64,000 nt of DNA from Fimbriiglobus sp. (GTDB lineage Bacteria > Planctomycetota > Planctomycetia > Gemmatales > Gemmataceae): positions 16,983 through 80,982 of the forward strand of contig JAYTSV010000207.1 of NCBI GenBank assembly GCA_043745465.1, in the 5' to 3' direction. Positions 36,001-44,456 of this stretch are shown here, piece after piece. Position 1 is the stretch's first letter. Each line of letters begins with the position of its first letter. The notes beneath the pieces were generated by a model. It was given only the letters and a program-made list of their open reading frames with translations, did no database searches and had not been told where the DNA came from. Position numbers and translations under genes: made by a program.

Positions 36001-37837
36001 CTTGAACTGGTGCGAAATACTCCTTGAGGACGATCTCGAACACCGGGTTAACAGCGTCGTGATTGGCTACCACGAGCAGAAGGAAAGCGGGGGGCGTGGC
36101 ACTCTTTACACCCCGCGGTTTGCGCCCCCACCGACCGGCGACCATGTCGTCAAGGATCCGCCAGATCCAGTCCCTGTCGTCAACGACACGGCGGAGCCGG
36201 TTCTTAATGACATAAAGACCTACTTCAAAGATTTTCAGGCTAAGACATATATCGAGCGGTCGGACTTCTCGGCCTGCATCCGGCTGCGCCATGAGCAGCT
36301 GACCAAGGATAAAGCAATCCTGGTCATTAATTTGCCTGACCCCCTTAAGCCAGAAGAGATGTTCAAAGAGAAGCTTTTCGAGCCCGTTCTTGAGAAATGT
36401 ACGATTGCTCACTGCCATTACCTGCTAGACATCGTGGCGTGCCTGATCAGACGGGCTCAGGAGCTAACCACTGCAGACGATGAACTCAATAAAAAGTTGG
36501 AATCATCCCCTCTGAAATTGCTTAAGGATATTCAGGTTCAACTTAAACACTTGGGCGGGCAGGTGTCGGCGGCGACTCCGACCGGCCGCGAGCCGACTGC
36601 GGCGGACCACGAACCCGTTGGCGTGCTAGCAGAGCCGGGCGGTGACATGCACGAGGCTGGGCTACGCCTCTTGTACTTAGAGGCCGAGTGCGACTTGCAG
36701 CGGTCATCGGTGTTCTCGCACGACGGTTTCGTCCCGCCCGTTGCGTCCACGGGGAGCGGCGGAGTGGCCCAGCCACCAACAAAAACCCTTGAGGTCGCGC
36801 GCGGAGCGGTCAGAGCCGGGTTGGAGCAGATCCGCGATCAGAACCCGCGGGCCGGCGGCGTCCACCGGAGCGTCGTCGTCGAGCCGACCGCGGACGGGTC
36901 GCTGTATTTCCAGTACCGCTCACTCTTTCACACCTTAAGAGGGCGGCTCAAGTGGATGGACCGGGCCGGCGATGACCCAGAAGAGGCTTTCGAGGCGGCG
37001 TTCCGCCAATTCGACTTGGCCCGTGGGGGGCTTGGCGAAGGCAACCCGCTGATCGCGGCACTCGCGGAACTGTACGCGGTCGAGGCCTCCTTGGCTCGGG
37101 CCCGACACATCTTGAGCCAAGACTGCAAGACACCCCACGGTTCACTACCGTTGGACGCGGCCGTTGCCAAGTTCGAGACGGCGCGGGTCGCGCTGCAAAG
37201 GGCCCGCCACCACTTGCAGAGGGGTCGGCGGAACGTCATCTGGTGGAAGCTCTACTTCTCGCTGACCTCGCAGTACCACGCGGACAGGTTGCTCCTCGGC
37301 TACGCACGCCTCTACGACCGCGTCGCCGCTTCGGTCCGTGACCCTCAGCCACACGACGACAATCCGGTCGGCCGCGAGGCCGTGACGCAGTACGTGACCC
37401 GTCTGCGTCGCGGCTACCAGAGCGTCCGGAACACTCTCGACTTGTACCTGCCCGGGCCGGTGGGCCGACCCACTCCCCGCTGGCCGTGCCGTGCGTGGCT
37501 GCAGATGACGCTGGCGGCGTACGCTGTCGGCCGCCTAGGCTTCGAACGCCACCCCGAGAGCCCCTTTTGTCTAAAGAATAGAAAAGAGGGAGATATTCAG
37601 GATATTCGGGAGGCCCAGGCTAGCGTGATCCATTATTTGGGAGGCTTGAACGAAGGTGCCCTGCTTCTAATGGAGCCGAACATCAAACCCTACTTTGAAA
37701 AGTTTGCGAATACCATCAAAGAAGAAGAGCCGGCCGCACTTTGTCCCCACCTGGTCGGTGACACCTCCTTGTCCAAGTGGGCGTCACTACTGCGGTTGGT
37801 GTCCGGCTCAACGTTTACTCCAGAGCAAACCCAGTAG
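33011..37837 (+). CDS. Large SIR2-domain defence protein with degenerate STAND-like module and helical C-terminus (~1608 aa)
   Basis: SIR2 motifs IVGAGLS (GAGLS at 33116-33130), TFNFD (33863), KLHG (33992), VVGCSGND. Walker-B-like YLVVLDGLE (VVLDG at 34766) but no recognisable Walker A. TPR-like helices at the C-terminus. Confidence 0.8.
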   Translation: MSVVTPTDLNTVKSVKVMDAVRTAWYAGRPIVPIVGAGLSADSGFPVLSSVTRYFGKFKSYVSSRAYLFPTDKRDPLEALALQYDDAPWRFVEDFGWPDRFQLNQDLLTYLNGTGDRATPSKVVEQSVRDGLDAVLRHINPHGWEQFQRLKTAVVGGKTSSGESVHGALDPRYALDRTARLIDGMDLRPVGHRPLNPVDLGGQALPRVLGALRNHVEERFERFWSNSVAFDLVGDWKKLIQYFTRSQGDYADALFATFGASREPSPGHRYLAFLAKLLGCRTIFTFNFDTLIEQALEAEGVRPEVFAMEAGAGLPHHTLIRDAVAVIKLHGGNHSLLLDERLDRPLGDEYMNRFDRIVRENPLLLVVGCSGNDYRLRDLVLHVLKRAQAGRARSGRPAAGPDVVWLHYERDAPAFLDTFVGDSTVRQAAVYAQGTNSPGAALLHLHSWLTRRCPAGRSPYLTHVQRPIPLRGPLADKAFETLGDSNFYLCSTLAEAPVPTASASQTVLSLALDWSRNGYQTIWVDLESVHTLAGVVGAIVDQCRQLDATLPPSVLPLDDLGTNAESVIGRAVELVVRALRRTRYLVVLDGLETYPWPATTHHGLTHLYHHRGVVRLTNLCKFLIDLVGKELGESRVCLAVDGSKSRHVNPTLDQELGLREKVKKLQLSAVCVAPERLEQKGQDQVRLPSLINCLKTPEAQDESPLVAVTADGGTTLAAAGVGPLVLFYLACFRRTRTLVSLDTVLRPILGSRGAVDAALAALPIESTPWLGMTVLEGGSHWFDRRVRNYLYENCTNFTSTGHLERCFSKDPQTCNLRAAAAQLLLTAVVHQHIARVYHSTLFVQSQDAVSFMEYTYHRLSSIRSLAKLIGLIRHVKSLTPEHYRAVVEGVRLCGEAFRQASPGSIDAFDATQFEVDDSNPPQGPLTKVVRRLFDWTPGIKTPKFAAEQFASDNSWAAVIKLIERELQERHRRELQSLHRAWVRCEGVVRAQVPAEQLLNWCEILLEDDLEHRVNSVVIGYHEQKESGGRGTLYTPRFAPPPTGDHVVKDPPDPVPVVNDTAEPVLNDIKTYFKDFQAKTYIERSDFSACIRLRHEQLTKDKAILVINLPDPLKPEEMFKEKLFEPVLEKCTIAHCHYLLDIVACLIRRAQELTTADDELNKKLESSPLKLLKDIQVQLKHLGGQVSAATPTGREPTAADHEPVGVLAEPGGDMHEAGLRLLYLEAECDLQRSSVFSHDGFVPPVASTGSGGVAQPPTKTLEVARGAVRAGLEQIRDQNPRAGGVHRSVVVEPTADGSLYFQYRSLFHTLRGRLKWMDRAGDDPEEAFEAAFRQFDLARGGLGEGNPLIAALAELYAVEASLARARHILSQDCKTPHGSLPLDAAVAKFETARVALQRARHHLQRGRRNVIWWKLYFSLTSQYHADRLLLGYARLYDRVAASVRDPQPHDDNPVGREAVTQYVTRLRRGYQSVRNTLDLYLPGPVGRPTPRWPCRAWLQMTLAAYAVGRLGFERHPESPFCLKNRKEGDIQDIREAQASVIHYLGGLNEGALLLMEPNIKPYFEKFANTIKEEEPAALCPHLVGDTSLSKWASLLRLVSGSTFTPEQTQ

Positions 37838-38125
37838 TATCGTCTTCGTGGGAAGGTGCGCGGCTCGCCGCACCGATTATAGGGCAAGGCTCTCGAAGAT
37901 GCGGGCGGCGATGGTTTCCTGATTGACGGTTCAAGTCGATTCCGACTCACAACGTTTTAGGGTCCGGGCGTGCTGGGATAGTTATGCGTGAATTTTGAAT
38001 GCCATCTTCGGGCATGTTCCGGTCCAGCTATAGTGGGCTGCGGTCAGGTGTAGCGGCTCGGGCTCGGGCTTGGCGTAGACGACTAAAAACCCCTCAGCTG
38101 ACGCTACACTTGCCCGAAGCCTGCT

Positions 38126-38541
38126 CTAATCCCCCGCCGAAGTGTTCTGCGGCATCCTTTGCTCAACCCCCCGGTCACTTAACTCGCGGACCTCATAGGC
38201 CACACCGATCCGCCTCGGGGGCGTAGCCCGCCGGCGGAGTCTGTCGGCGACGCACCTCCTCGCCCCCGACTCGCCTTCGACCAAGTAATACGCTTCCCAG
38301 GAAATAACTGCCGGGTATTGTTCGCCGATACAACTCTAAATCAAGACGTATTGGGTACAAGACCCGGCAGTTATTTCCTGGGAAGCGTATAACGCGCCCG
38401 TCGGCCGGTCGCGCCGGTCCGGCCTACGGTGACCTCGTCGAGCCAGTCGCCGAAGAGGTCGGTCCCGGCCTCGACGCGGTAACGGCGGAAGCACCCCCGT
38501 TCCGGGTCACGGGCTTCGAGTACTGCGACGAACGCGTCCAT
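38126..38541 (-). pseudogene. WGR-like domain gene interrupted by a MITE
   Basis: MDAFVAVLEARDPERGCFRRYRVEAGTDLFGDWL...GRTG...RRARY. Removing 38289-38389 plus one TAA restores a 103-aa frame continuing YLVEGESGARRC...RRRATPPRRIGVAYEVREL. Confidence 0.85.
38289..38389. mobile_element. 101-bp MITE with 28-bp perfect terminal inverted repeats and TAA target duplication
   Basis: TACGCTTCCCAGGAAATAACTGCCGGGT at 38289-38316 and its exact reverse complement at 38362-38389; TAA at 38286-38288 and 38390-38392. Confidence 0.9.
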
Positions 38542-38579
38542 CAAGGCCAACCCCTGTCTCCCCGACTCGCCCACGACCA

Positions 38580-38735
38580 GGCACTCCGGACCGAGTCGAG
38601 AAAACGGTCGTTTGTTTTACTGGCTCTAGTGTGAACGGGTGGCGTGCGATTTCCCTTGCGCGAAGGCGTAAAGTAACCCATCCAAGAAACCAAGGTAAAC
38701 ATTGGACCGTCGCCGACGGGTTCCTTGACGGTTTC
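38580..38735. promoter_or_regulatory. Probable res/promoter region of the serine recombinase
   Basis: AT-enriched non-coding stretch directly upstream of the resolvase (GAGAAAACGGTCGTTTGTTTT...). Assigned by position; subsites not mapped. Confidence 0.35.
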
Positions 38736-38738
38736 AGC

Positions 38739-39299
38739 ATGCGCATCGGCTACGCCCGCGTCTCCACCCCCGACCAGAGCCTCGACCTGCAGACCGACGC
38801 CCTCGCGGCCGCGGGGTGCGACCGGGTGTTCACAGACATCGCGAGCGGCAAGTCGGCGGCCCGGCCGGGCCTGGACCGGGCGCGAGAACAGCTGCGGGCC
38901 GGGGACGTGTTCGTCGTGTGGCGGCTCGACCGCCTGGGCCGTTCCCTCGGGCACCTGATCGAGTCGCTGACCGCGCTCGAGGCAGCGGGCGTAGGCTTCC
39001 TGAGCCTGGCCGAGGCCATCGACACCACGACCGCCGGCGGGCGGCTCGTCTTCCACGTCATGGGGGCGCTGGCGGAGTTCGAGCGGAACCTTGTGCGCGA
39101 CCGGACCCAGGCCGGGCTGGCGGCGGCGCGGGCACGTGGTCGCAAGGGCGGCCGGCCGAAGGCGCTGGCCGCGCCCCAGCGGGACTTGGCCGTCGGGCTG
39201 TACCGCGGGAAGAAGCACACGATCGACGAGATCTGCACGGCGGTGGGGGTGTCGCGGCCGACGCTCTACGCCTACGTCCGGGCGGCCGACCTGCCGTAG
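38739..39299 (+). CDS. Serine recombinase (resolvase/invertase) with C-terminal HTH
   Basis: MRIGYARVST.DQ, RPGL, VVWRLDRLGRS, AEFERNL..DRT..GL.AAR.RGR.GGRP. Confidence 0.95.
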   Translation: MRIGYARVSTPDQSLDLQTDALAAAGCDRVFTDIASGKSAARPGLDRAREQLRAGDVFVVWRLDRLGRSLGHLIESLTALEAAGVGFLSLAEAIDTTTAGGRLVFHVMGALAEFERNLVRDRTQAGLAAARARGRKGGRPKALAAPQRDLAVGLYRGKKHTIDEICTAVGVSRPTLYAYVRAADLP

Positions 39300-39385
39300 G
39301 AACTCCGCCGTTGTCCCGCGACATGCCGTTGCGGCGGGGCTGTTTGCCGACAGACGAAGGGATCCGCCCAAGCGTTGACAGGCCC

Positions 39386-41020
39386 CTACCGAATGCCGCC
39401 GGACTCGCGGACCCACTGGTCGAGCGTCTTGCGGACTTTTTCGGCCCGCGGGGAGCCCGCGGCCTCGTAACACGCGATCGCCCGTTTTCCGAGGTGGATC
39501 GCGTGGACGCGGTGACCCATCGAATGTAGGATCGACGCGAAACTGGCGGTCGCGTTCCCCTCCTCAATGCCGTCCCCGACCTCCCAGGCTATGACGAGCT
39601 GCCGGTCGTGACACGCTAGCGCCGCCGGGAGGTCCCCGAGCTTCCTAAGCGTCAGGCCGAGGTTGCCCGAAGTTCGCCCCTCGCCGCAGCGGTCGCCGGC
39701 CTCCCTCGCGATGGCGAGGTGTTGCTCGAACATGGATTTGGCCCTGGCGTGGTCGCCGAGTGCCGAGTAGGCGTTGCCGAGGTTGCCCAACGCCGTGCCT
39801 TCCCCGATCCGGTCCCCGATCCCGCGGGCGACGGCGAGATCCTGCTCGAAATGGTCGATCGCTTTCGGGTATTCGCCGAGTCCGGCGAAGGCGCACCCGA
39901 GGTTCCCGAGCGCTGAGCTCTCCGCCCGCCGGTCGCGTGTCTGGCGGGCGATCGCGAGGTGCCGCTCGTGGAGGCTGACGGCTTTCCGGGCGTCGCCGAG
40001 GGCCAGCCACGACACCCCGAGGTTGCCGAGCGCGGCCCCCTCCCCCCTCCTGTCGCCCGTCTGGCGGGCGAGGGCGAGGTGATGCTCGTAGCACTCCACG
40101 GCTTTGCGGTGGTCCGCCACGAGGGCGTACGCCCCACCGAGGTTCCCGAACGCCGCCCCCTCCAAGACGCGGTCGCCGATCTCCACCGCGACGGCGAGGT
40201 GCCGCTCGAAGCACTCCGCTGCCTTGACCCCGTCGCCGAGGGCCGCGTACCCGCGGCCCAGGTCGCTTAGGGCGGCCCCCTCGCCGAGGCGGTTCCCGGT
40301 CTCTCGGGATATCGTCAGGTGCTGTACGTAGTACCCCATGGCCCGCCGGGGGTCGCCGAGGGCGGCGTACGCGCCGCCGATGCCGCTGAGCGCCGCCCCC
40401 TCCGCGGCGCGGTCCCCCGACTCCCGTGCGACCGCGAGGCGTCGCTCGAACGCGTGGAGCGACTTCCCGGCGTCCCCCATGGCGGCGTACGCCCGCCCCG
40501 TGGTTCCCAGAGCGTTCCCCTCCCCGACTCGGTCGCCGAGTTCGCGGGCGATGTCGAGGGCATGCGCGAGCAGCCCCAGCGACCTCTGCGTCTCGCCCGT
40601 CAGGATCAGGACGCTGGCGAGGTTGTTGGTCGCGTACCCCTCCAGGCGGCGGTCGCCGAGCCGGACGCACGCCGCGATGCCGGCTTCGAGCCAGCCGACG
40701 AGGGCCGCGGCGTTGAGTCGCGCGGCCACCACCGGCGACGCCGCGAGGGCGAACAGCCTGCACATCTCGGCCGCGAAGGTGTCGCTCGGGTCGGCCCGCA
40801 GAGCCTCGGCCGCCCAGCCCTGGCGGTACCGGATGCCGGCTGACTCCCGATCGAACGCCGCCAGCCCGTCCGCGACGCCCCCCCCGCCCCCGAGGTAGAG
40901 CGCCCCCGCCCCGGCCAACTTGTCCGCGTAGTGACGCGCGGCCCGCACGTCCCTCAGCCGCAGGCGGGCAGCGCGGTCGATGCGGCGGGGGTGGCGGCCC
41001 CCCCAAGCGAAGTCGTTCAC
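39386..41020 (-). CDS. TPR-repeat protein; C-terminal half of a split NLR-like gene (544 aa from GTG 41020)
   Basis: About nine 40-aa repeats LGNLG.AY..LGD..KA....E.HLAIAR..GDR..EG, preceded by RAARHY...LYLGG...GLAAFD. GTG overlaps the upstream TGA. Confidence 0.8.
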   Translation of the reverse strand: MNDFAWGGRHPRRIDRAARLRLRDVRAARHYADKLAGAGALYLGGGGGVADGLAAFDRESAGIRYRQGWAAEALRADPSDTFAAEMCRLFALAASPVVAARLNAAALVGWLEAGIAACVRLGDRRLEGYATNNLASVLILTGETQRSLGLLAHALDIARELGDRVGEGNALGTTGRAYAAMGDAGKSLHAFERRLAVARESGDRAAEGAALSGIGGAYAALGDPRRAMGYYVQHLTISRETGNRLGEGAALSDLGRGYAALGDGVKAAECFERHLAVAVEIGDRVLEGAAFGNLGGAYALVADHRKAVECYEHHLALARQTGDRRGEGAALGNLGVSWLALGDARKAVSLHERHLAIARQTRDRRAESSALGNLGCAFAGLGEYPKAIDHFEQDLAVARGIGDRIGEGTALGNLGNAYSALGDHARAKSMFEQHLAIAREAGDRCGEGRTSGNLGLTLRKLGDLPAALACHDRQLVIAWEVGDGIEEGNATASFASILHSMGHRVHAIHLGKRAIACYEAAGSPRAEKVRKTLDQWVRESGGIR

Positions 41021-42321
41021 GTGAAGAGCCCCGCGGCGATCGGCTTCATCAGGTCGTGGAGCCGGTAGCGGGACGACGACTCGTCGAAGAGGACCAGGCT
41101 CCTGGCCACCAGCTCGGACAGTCCCTCGCGGACGTCGTGGTCGTCGCTCCCGAGCCCCCAGATCTCGGCCGCGTAGTCGGCGGCGAAGTCCGACGGCGCG
41201 TCGGCGAGGTCGGACCACCGCGTGGCGAGGTCCTCGTCGTCCCGCATGAGCTCCGCGGAACTCAGCTTCAGGACCGCCTCCACGTCGCGCCCCTGGCCCC
41301 GCAGCCACCGTAGCCGCTCCCGCTCAAGGGCGAGGATGTACCGCCCGACGGTCCACCCGGCCCGACCGCGGACGAAGTCGCCCGCCACCCGCAGCGCCAG
41401 AGGCAGGTGGCCGCACAACGCCGCCACCGTGTGCAACTCCTCGTCGGTCCCCTTCGCCCCGGCGGCCCCGCGCAAGAGCACGAGGGACTCTTCCGGGGGC
41501 AGCACGTCCACCCGCACGGAGGCGACGCCGTCCAGCAGCAGGGCGTTCCGGCTGGTGACGATGAAGCCGTTGGACTCCCCGGCGATCAGGCTCTTGACCT
41601 GGGCCTCCCCGGCCGCGTTGTCGAGCACGACCAGGGCCCGCCGGCCCGACATGGCGCTGCGGTAGAGGGGCAGCAGCGCGTCCTCGGCCTCGGGCAGGTC
41701 GGCCGCGTCGGGGTGGAAGTCGCGGATGAACCGCGTCATCGCCTCCGCGGGCGTGACGGGCCGCTCGCTCACGCCCCGGAGGTCGAGGAAGAGTTGGGCG
41801 TCGGGGAAGAGGTCCTTGACGGCGTGGGCGACCCGCACGGCCAGCGTCGTCTTGCCAACCCCGCCCATGCCGCGCAGCGCCGACAGGCCGACCCGCCCCC
41901 CGGCCCCCCGCAGCCGCCCCACGATCTCCGCGAACTCCGCCCCGCGCCCGGTGAAGTCACCGAGGTCGGCAGGCAGTTGGTGCAACCGGCTGAACGCCGG
42001 GGCCGGGGCGTCCGCCCGACCCGCGGGGCCGGCCCTCTGGGGTCGCCGACGCGACTCGCCCGCGGGCCGCACGACGCGACGGCGGAACTCGGGCGTCAGC
42101 AGCTCGTCGAGGTCGACGGCCAGGGCCTGGGCGACCTTGCGGACGTTCTCGACATCCGCCTGCCTCACGCCCGCGGCCTCCCACTTCTGGACCGTACTCC
42201 TGCCGACGGCGGCCTTTTCGGCCAGCGAGTCCGGGGTCAGCCCCCGCATCCTCCGCAACCTTTGCACGGCGTGGCCGTCGATTTCGACCTTGCCGACCCA
42301 GGCGTCGAAGGGGCTGCTCAT
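41017..42321 (-). CDS. XRE-HTH + NB-ARC (STAND) protein; N-terminal half of the split NLR-like gene
   Basis: HTH LRRMRGLTPDSLAEKAAVGRSTVQKWE; QLPAD..DFTGR, Walker A GMGGVGKT, Walker B VVLDNA, IVTSR, CGHLPLAL, RYRLHDL. Confidence 0.9.
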   Translation of the reverse strand: MSSPFDAWVGKVEIDGHAVQRLRRMRGLTPDSLAEKAAVGRSTVQKWEAAGVRQADVENVRKVAQALAVDLDELLTPEFRRRVVRPAGESRRRPQRAGPAGRADAPAPAFSRLHQLPADLGDFTGRGAEFAEIVGRLRGAGGRVGLSALRGMGGVGKTTLAVRVAHAVKDLFPDAQLFLDLRGVSERPVTPAEAMTRFIRDFHPDAADLPEAEDALLPLYRSAMSGRRALVVLDNAAGEAQVKSLIAGESNGFIVTSRNALLLDGVASVRVDVLPPEESLVLLRGAAGAKGTDEELHTVAALCGHLPLALRVAGDFVRGRAGWTVGRYILALERERLRWLRGQGRDVEAVLKLSSAELMRDDEDLATRWSDLADAPSDFAADYAAEIWGLGSDDHDVREGLSELVARSLVLFDESSSRYRLHDLMKPIAAGLFT

Positions 42322-42450
42322 GGCGATCCGGTGGCGATGGTGTGGCGGCCGGGTGGCTAAAACGATGGGGCGAATGGACACGCACGCGCCAGGTACAGTC
42401 TAACGTCCCGGCTCCGATTGTCCACCCGGCACCACGCCCAAGGAGTTCCC

Positions 42451-42915
42451 ATGACGAATGCACCGCGCAACCGACCGCCCGCCGAGGCCGCCCCGTGCCG
42501 GGGGCTCCGGCTCCGGCGGCACGACCGCGAAGACATCGAACAGGACGCTTGCCTCAAGCTCCTCGAGGCCGGGGGGCGGGAGCGGCCCCACGCCTGGCTC
42601 GCGGCGGTCGTCCGCAACGCCGGCCTCAACCGCCTCAAGCGCGACACCGCCCTGGGCGGCCGACGGATCCCCTTGGACGGCCTGGCTGCCCCGGACGCGG
42701 CCGACCCCGCGCAGCGCCACGAGGCGATCGAGGCCGTCCGCGCGGCGGTCGGCCGGCTGCCGGCCGCCCAGCAGGCCGTCGTCCGGCTGGCGATGGCCGG
42801 GCGCTGTCAGGCGGGAGTCGCGGGCCTCGCCGGGTGTTCGACCCGCACGGTCCGCCGCCACCTGCGTCTGGCCCTGGCGACGCTCCGGCGTGAGTTGTCG
42901 GGGTTCGCCCCGTGA
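42451..42915 (+). CDS. Short ECF-type sigma factor-like protein
   Basis: EDIEQDACLKLL...AWL..VVRN region-2 pattern and LPAAQQAVVRL...VAGLAGCSTRTVRRHLRLA region-4 HTH; AAGGAG SD. Confidence 0.75.
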   Translation: MTNAPRNRPPAEAAPCRGLRLRRHDREDIEQDACLKLLEAGGRERPHAWLAAVVRNAGLNRLKRDTALGGRRIPLDGLAAPDAADPAQRHEAIEAVRAAVGRLPAAQQAVVRLAMAGRCQAGVAGLAGCSTRTVRRHLRLALATLRRELSGFAP

Positions 42916-42940
42916 CGGCGGTGCCGGCCGGCCGTCGGCG

Positions 42941-43348
42941 TTAGCGTCGCCGGCCGCGTTCGTCGCCCCGCCGGACTTGCCGGAGGAGCCACTCGTGCGA
43001 GGCGTCGTCGAGGCCCTCGAGCTTTCGGGCCTGCTCGGGGTCGGTGAGCTTGAACGGGTTGACGAGGACCGGCCCCTCCGCGGTCGACTGGTACGCCGAG
43101 AGGAGCACGTCGGTCAGCCCAGGGAGGGGGGTGCCGTCGGGGCGGAGGGCGAGTGCCCGCTTCAAGCCGGCGACGGCGTCGGCTCCCACCTCGCCGCCGC
43201 GGCCTTGGGCCACCTCGACGAGCGCGTCGAACAGCGGGCGGTCCCCGTTCAACAGCCCCTCGAGGATGCCCAGGTAAGCCTGGCCGAGTCCCGCCTCGAC
43301 CTCGGCCCCGCTCCGCAGCGGCAGTGTGGTTCGGCGGTTGATCGGCAA
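42941..43348 (-). CDS. Hypothetical protein (135 aa)
   Basis: Plausible composition and codon bias; no recognised motif. Confidence 0.55.
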   Translation of the reverse strand: MPINRRTTLPLRSGAEVEAGLGQAYLGILEGLLNGDRPLFDALVEVAQGRGGEVGADAVAGLKRALALRPDGTPLPGLTDVLLSAYQSTAEGPVLVNPFKLTDPEQARKLEGLDDASHEWLLRQVRRGDERGRRR

Positions 43349-43404
43349 AGGTTCCTCGTAAGTGAATGAGACACGTCCCGGCGCGAAGTCCGGGAAGTAT
43401 GATC

Positions 43405-43435
43405 ATATATAACCATATAATATATTTATTTATTA
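43405..43435. promoter_or_regulatory. A/T-rich block in a divergent promoter region
   Basis: ATATATAACCATATAATATATTTATTTATTA, containing TATAAT, upstream of the hypothetical-parB-T4CP-xis run. Confidence 0.5.
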
Positions 43436-43583
43436 CTGTCAAGCGTTTGATTGCGGCCTCTGCACCCCCAGGCGGCCGGACCCGATATTTCCTGTCCTCC
43501 ACGCCCCACCCCGATTGTCTCTCCGTCGGGCGGGGAGCGATGGTCCCCCGCACGGTTACGACACCCGAACGTGGGAGGCGGTC

Positions 43584-44333
43584 ATGCAAGATTCCAGTGA
43601 GCTCGTCGCGGCGTTCGAGGCCCGGGTGGGGCGGCGGATCGCACAGCGTTGCGGGCGGGCGGCTGCTGACCTCCTGCTCAGGGACCCCCTCGGCCGCTAC
43701 GCGGCCGCGTTCATCCGCGACGCCGGGGGCGTCCACGCCGAACACGTCGCGGCCGCCTACGCGAAGCCGCTCTCGGTACTCGCGGCGATGGTCGCGGGCG
43801 GCACCGTCACCTCGTTCGCCGGGCTGATCGACATGATGGCCCGGGTCGTCGCCGTGACGGCCCGACACTACGCGGTCAAGTCGCGGCGCAAGTGGGACCC
43901 CTGGGTCCGGGTCGCCGGGGGCCGCCCGGGCGAGTCCATGCCCCTCGTCCGCGTCACCGACGCGGACCTCGACCGCCGCGTCGCGCGAACGGCCGCCCCC
44001 CCGCCCGCGGCCGCCCGCGCCGACCTGTTACGGCTGCTGCTGCGGGAGGCCCGGGGCCTGGGCCGCCTCCGGGTCCGCGTCTTCCGCGAGGTGCGTGCCG
44101 CCGCGTGCCGCCGGGGCACCGACCACGGGGCCATCCGGGAAGTCGCTCGTCTGGCGGTCCTTGACGGCGGGGGCCGTGTCGTCGGCGTCGCTCGGGCCGG
44201 CCCCGCCTTGCCGGCAGGGCCGGGCCCGGCCGCCGCGACCGTACGGCGGGTCCGCCGGCTGTACCTGGAGGCCGAGTGGTACGTCGAGTGCCGCGCGTAC
44301 CTCCTCGGCTACCGGGCGAAGTCCCCGTTCTGA
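43584..44333 (+). CDS. Arg/Ala-rich hypothetical protein (249 aa)
   Basis: GGGAGG SD before ATG 43584; no confident motif. Confidence 0.55.
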   Translation: MQDSSELVAAFEARVGRRIAQRCGRAAADLLLRDPLGRYAAAFIRDAGGVHAEHVAAAYAKPLSVLAAMVAGGTVTSFAGLIDMMARVVAVTARHYAVKSRRKWDPWVRVAGGRPGESMPLVRVTDADLDRRVARTAAPPPAAARADLLRLLLREARGLGRLRVRVFREVRAAACRRGTDHGAIREVARLAVLDGGGRVVGVARAGPALPAGPGPAAATVRRVRRLYLEAEWYVECRAYLLGYRAKSPF

Positions 44334-44456
44334 GGCCCCGGAAGTCCCGACTTCGGCCCCCTCGTCGGCGGCCGCGGTCATTTTGCCGGCGTCCGCGGGC
44401 ATGAGTGGTTGCCCGCGGGTCCGGACCCGCTTGAACTCTCCGTGAGGGTATCGCGA

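Noticed and set aside
38126-39299. Tn3-family transposon around the resolvase
   Set aside because: No TnpA and no 38-bp GGGG-type terminal repeats seen; the nearby inverted repeats belong to the 101-bp MITE.
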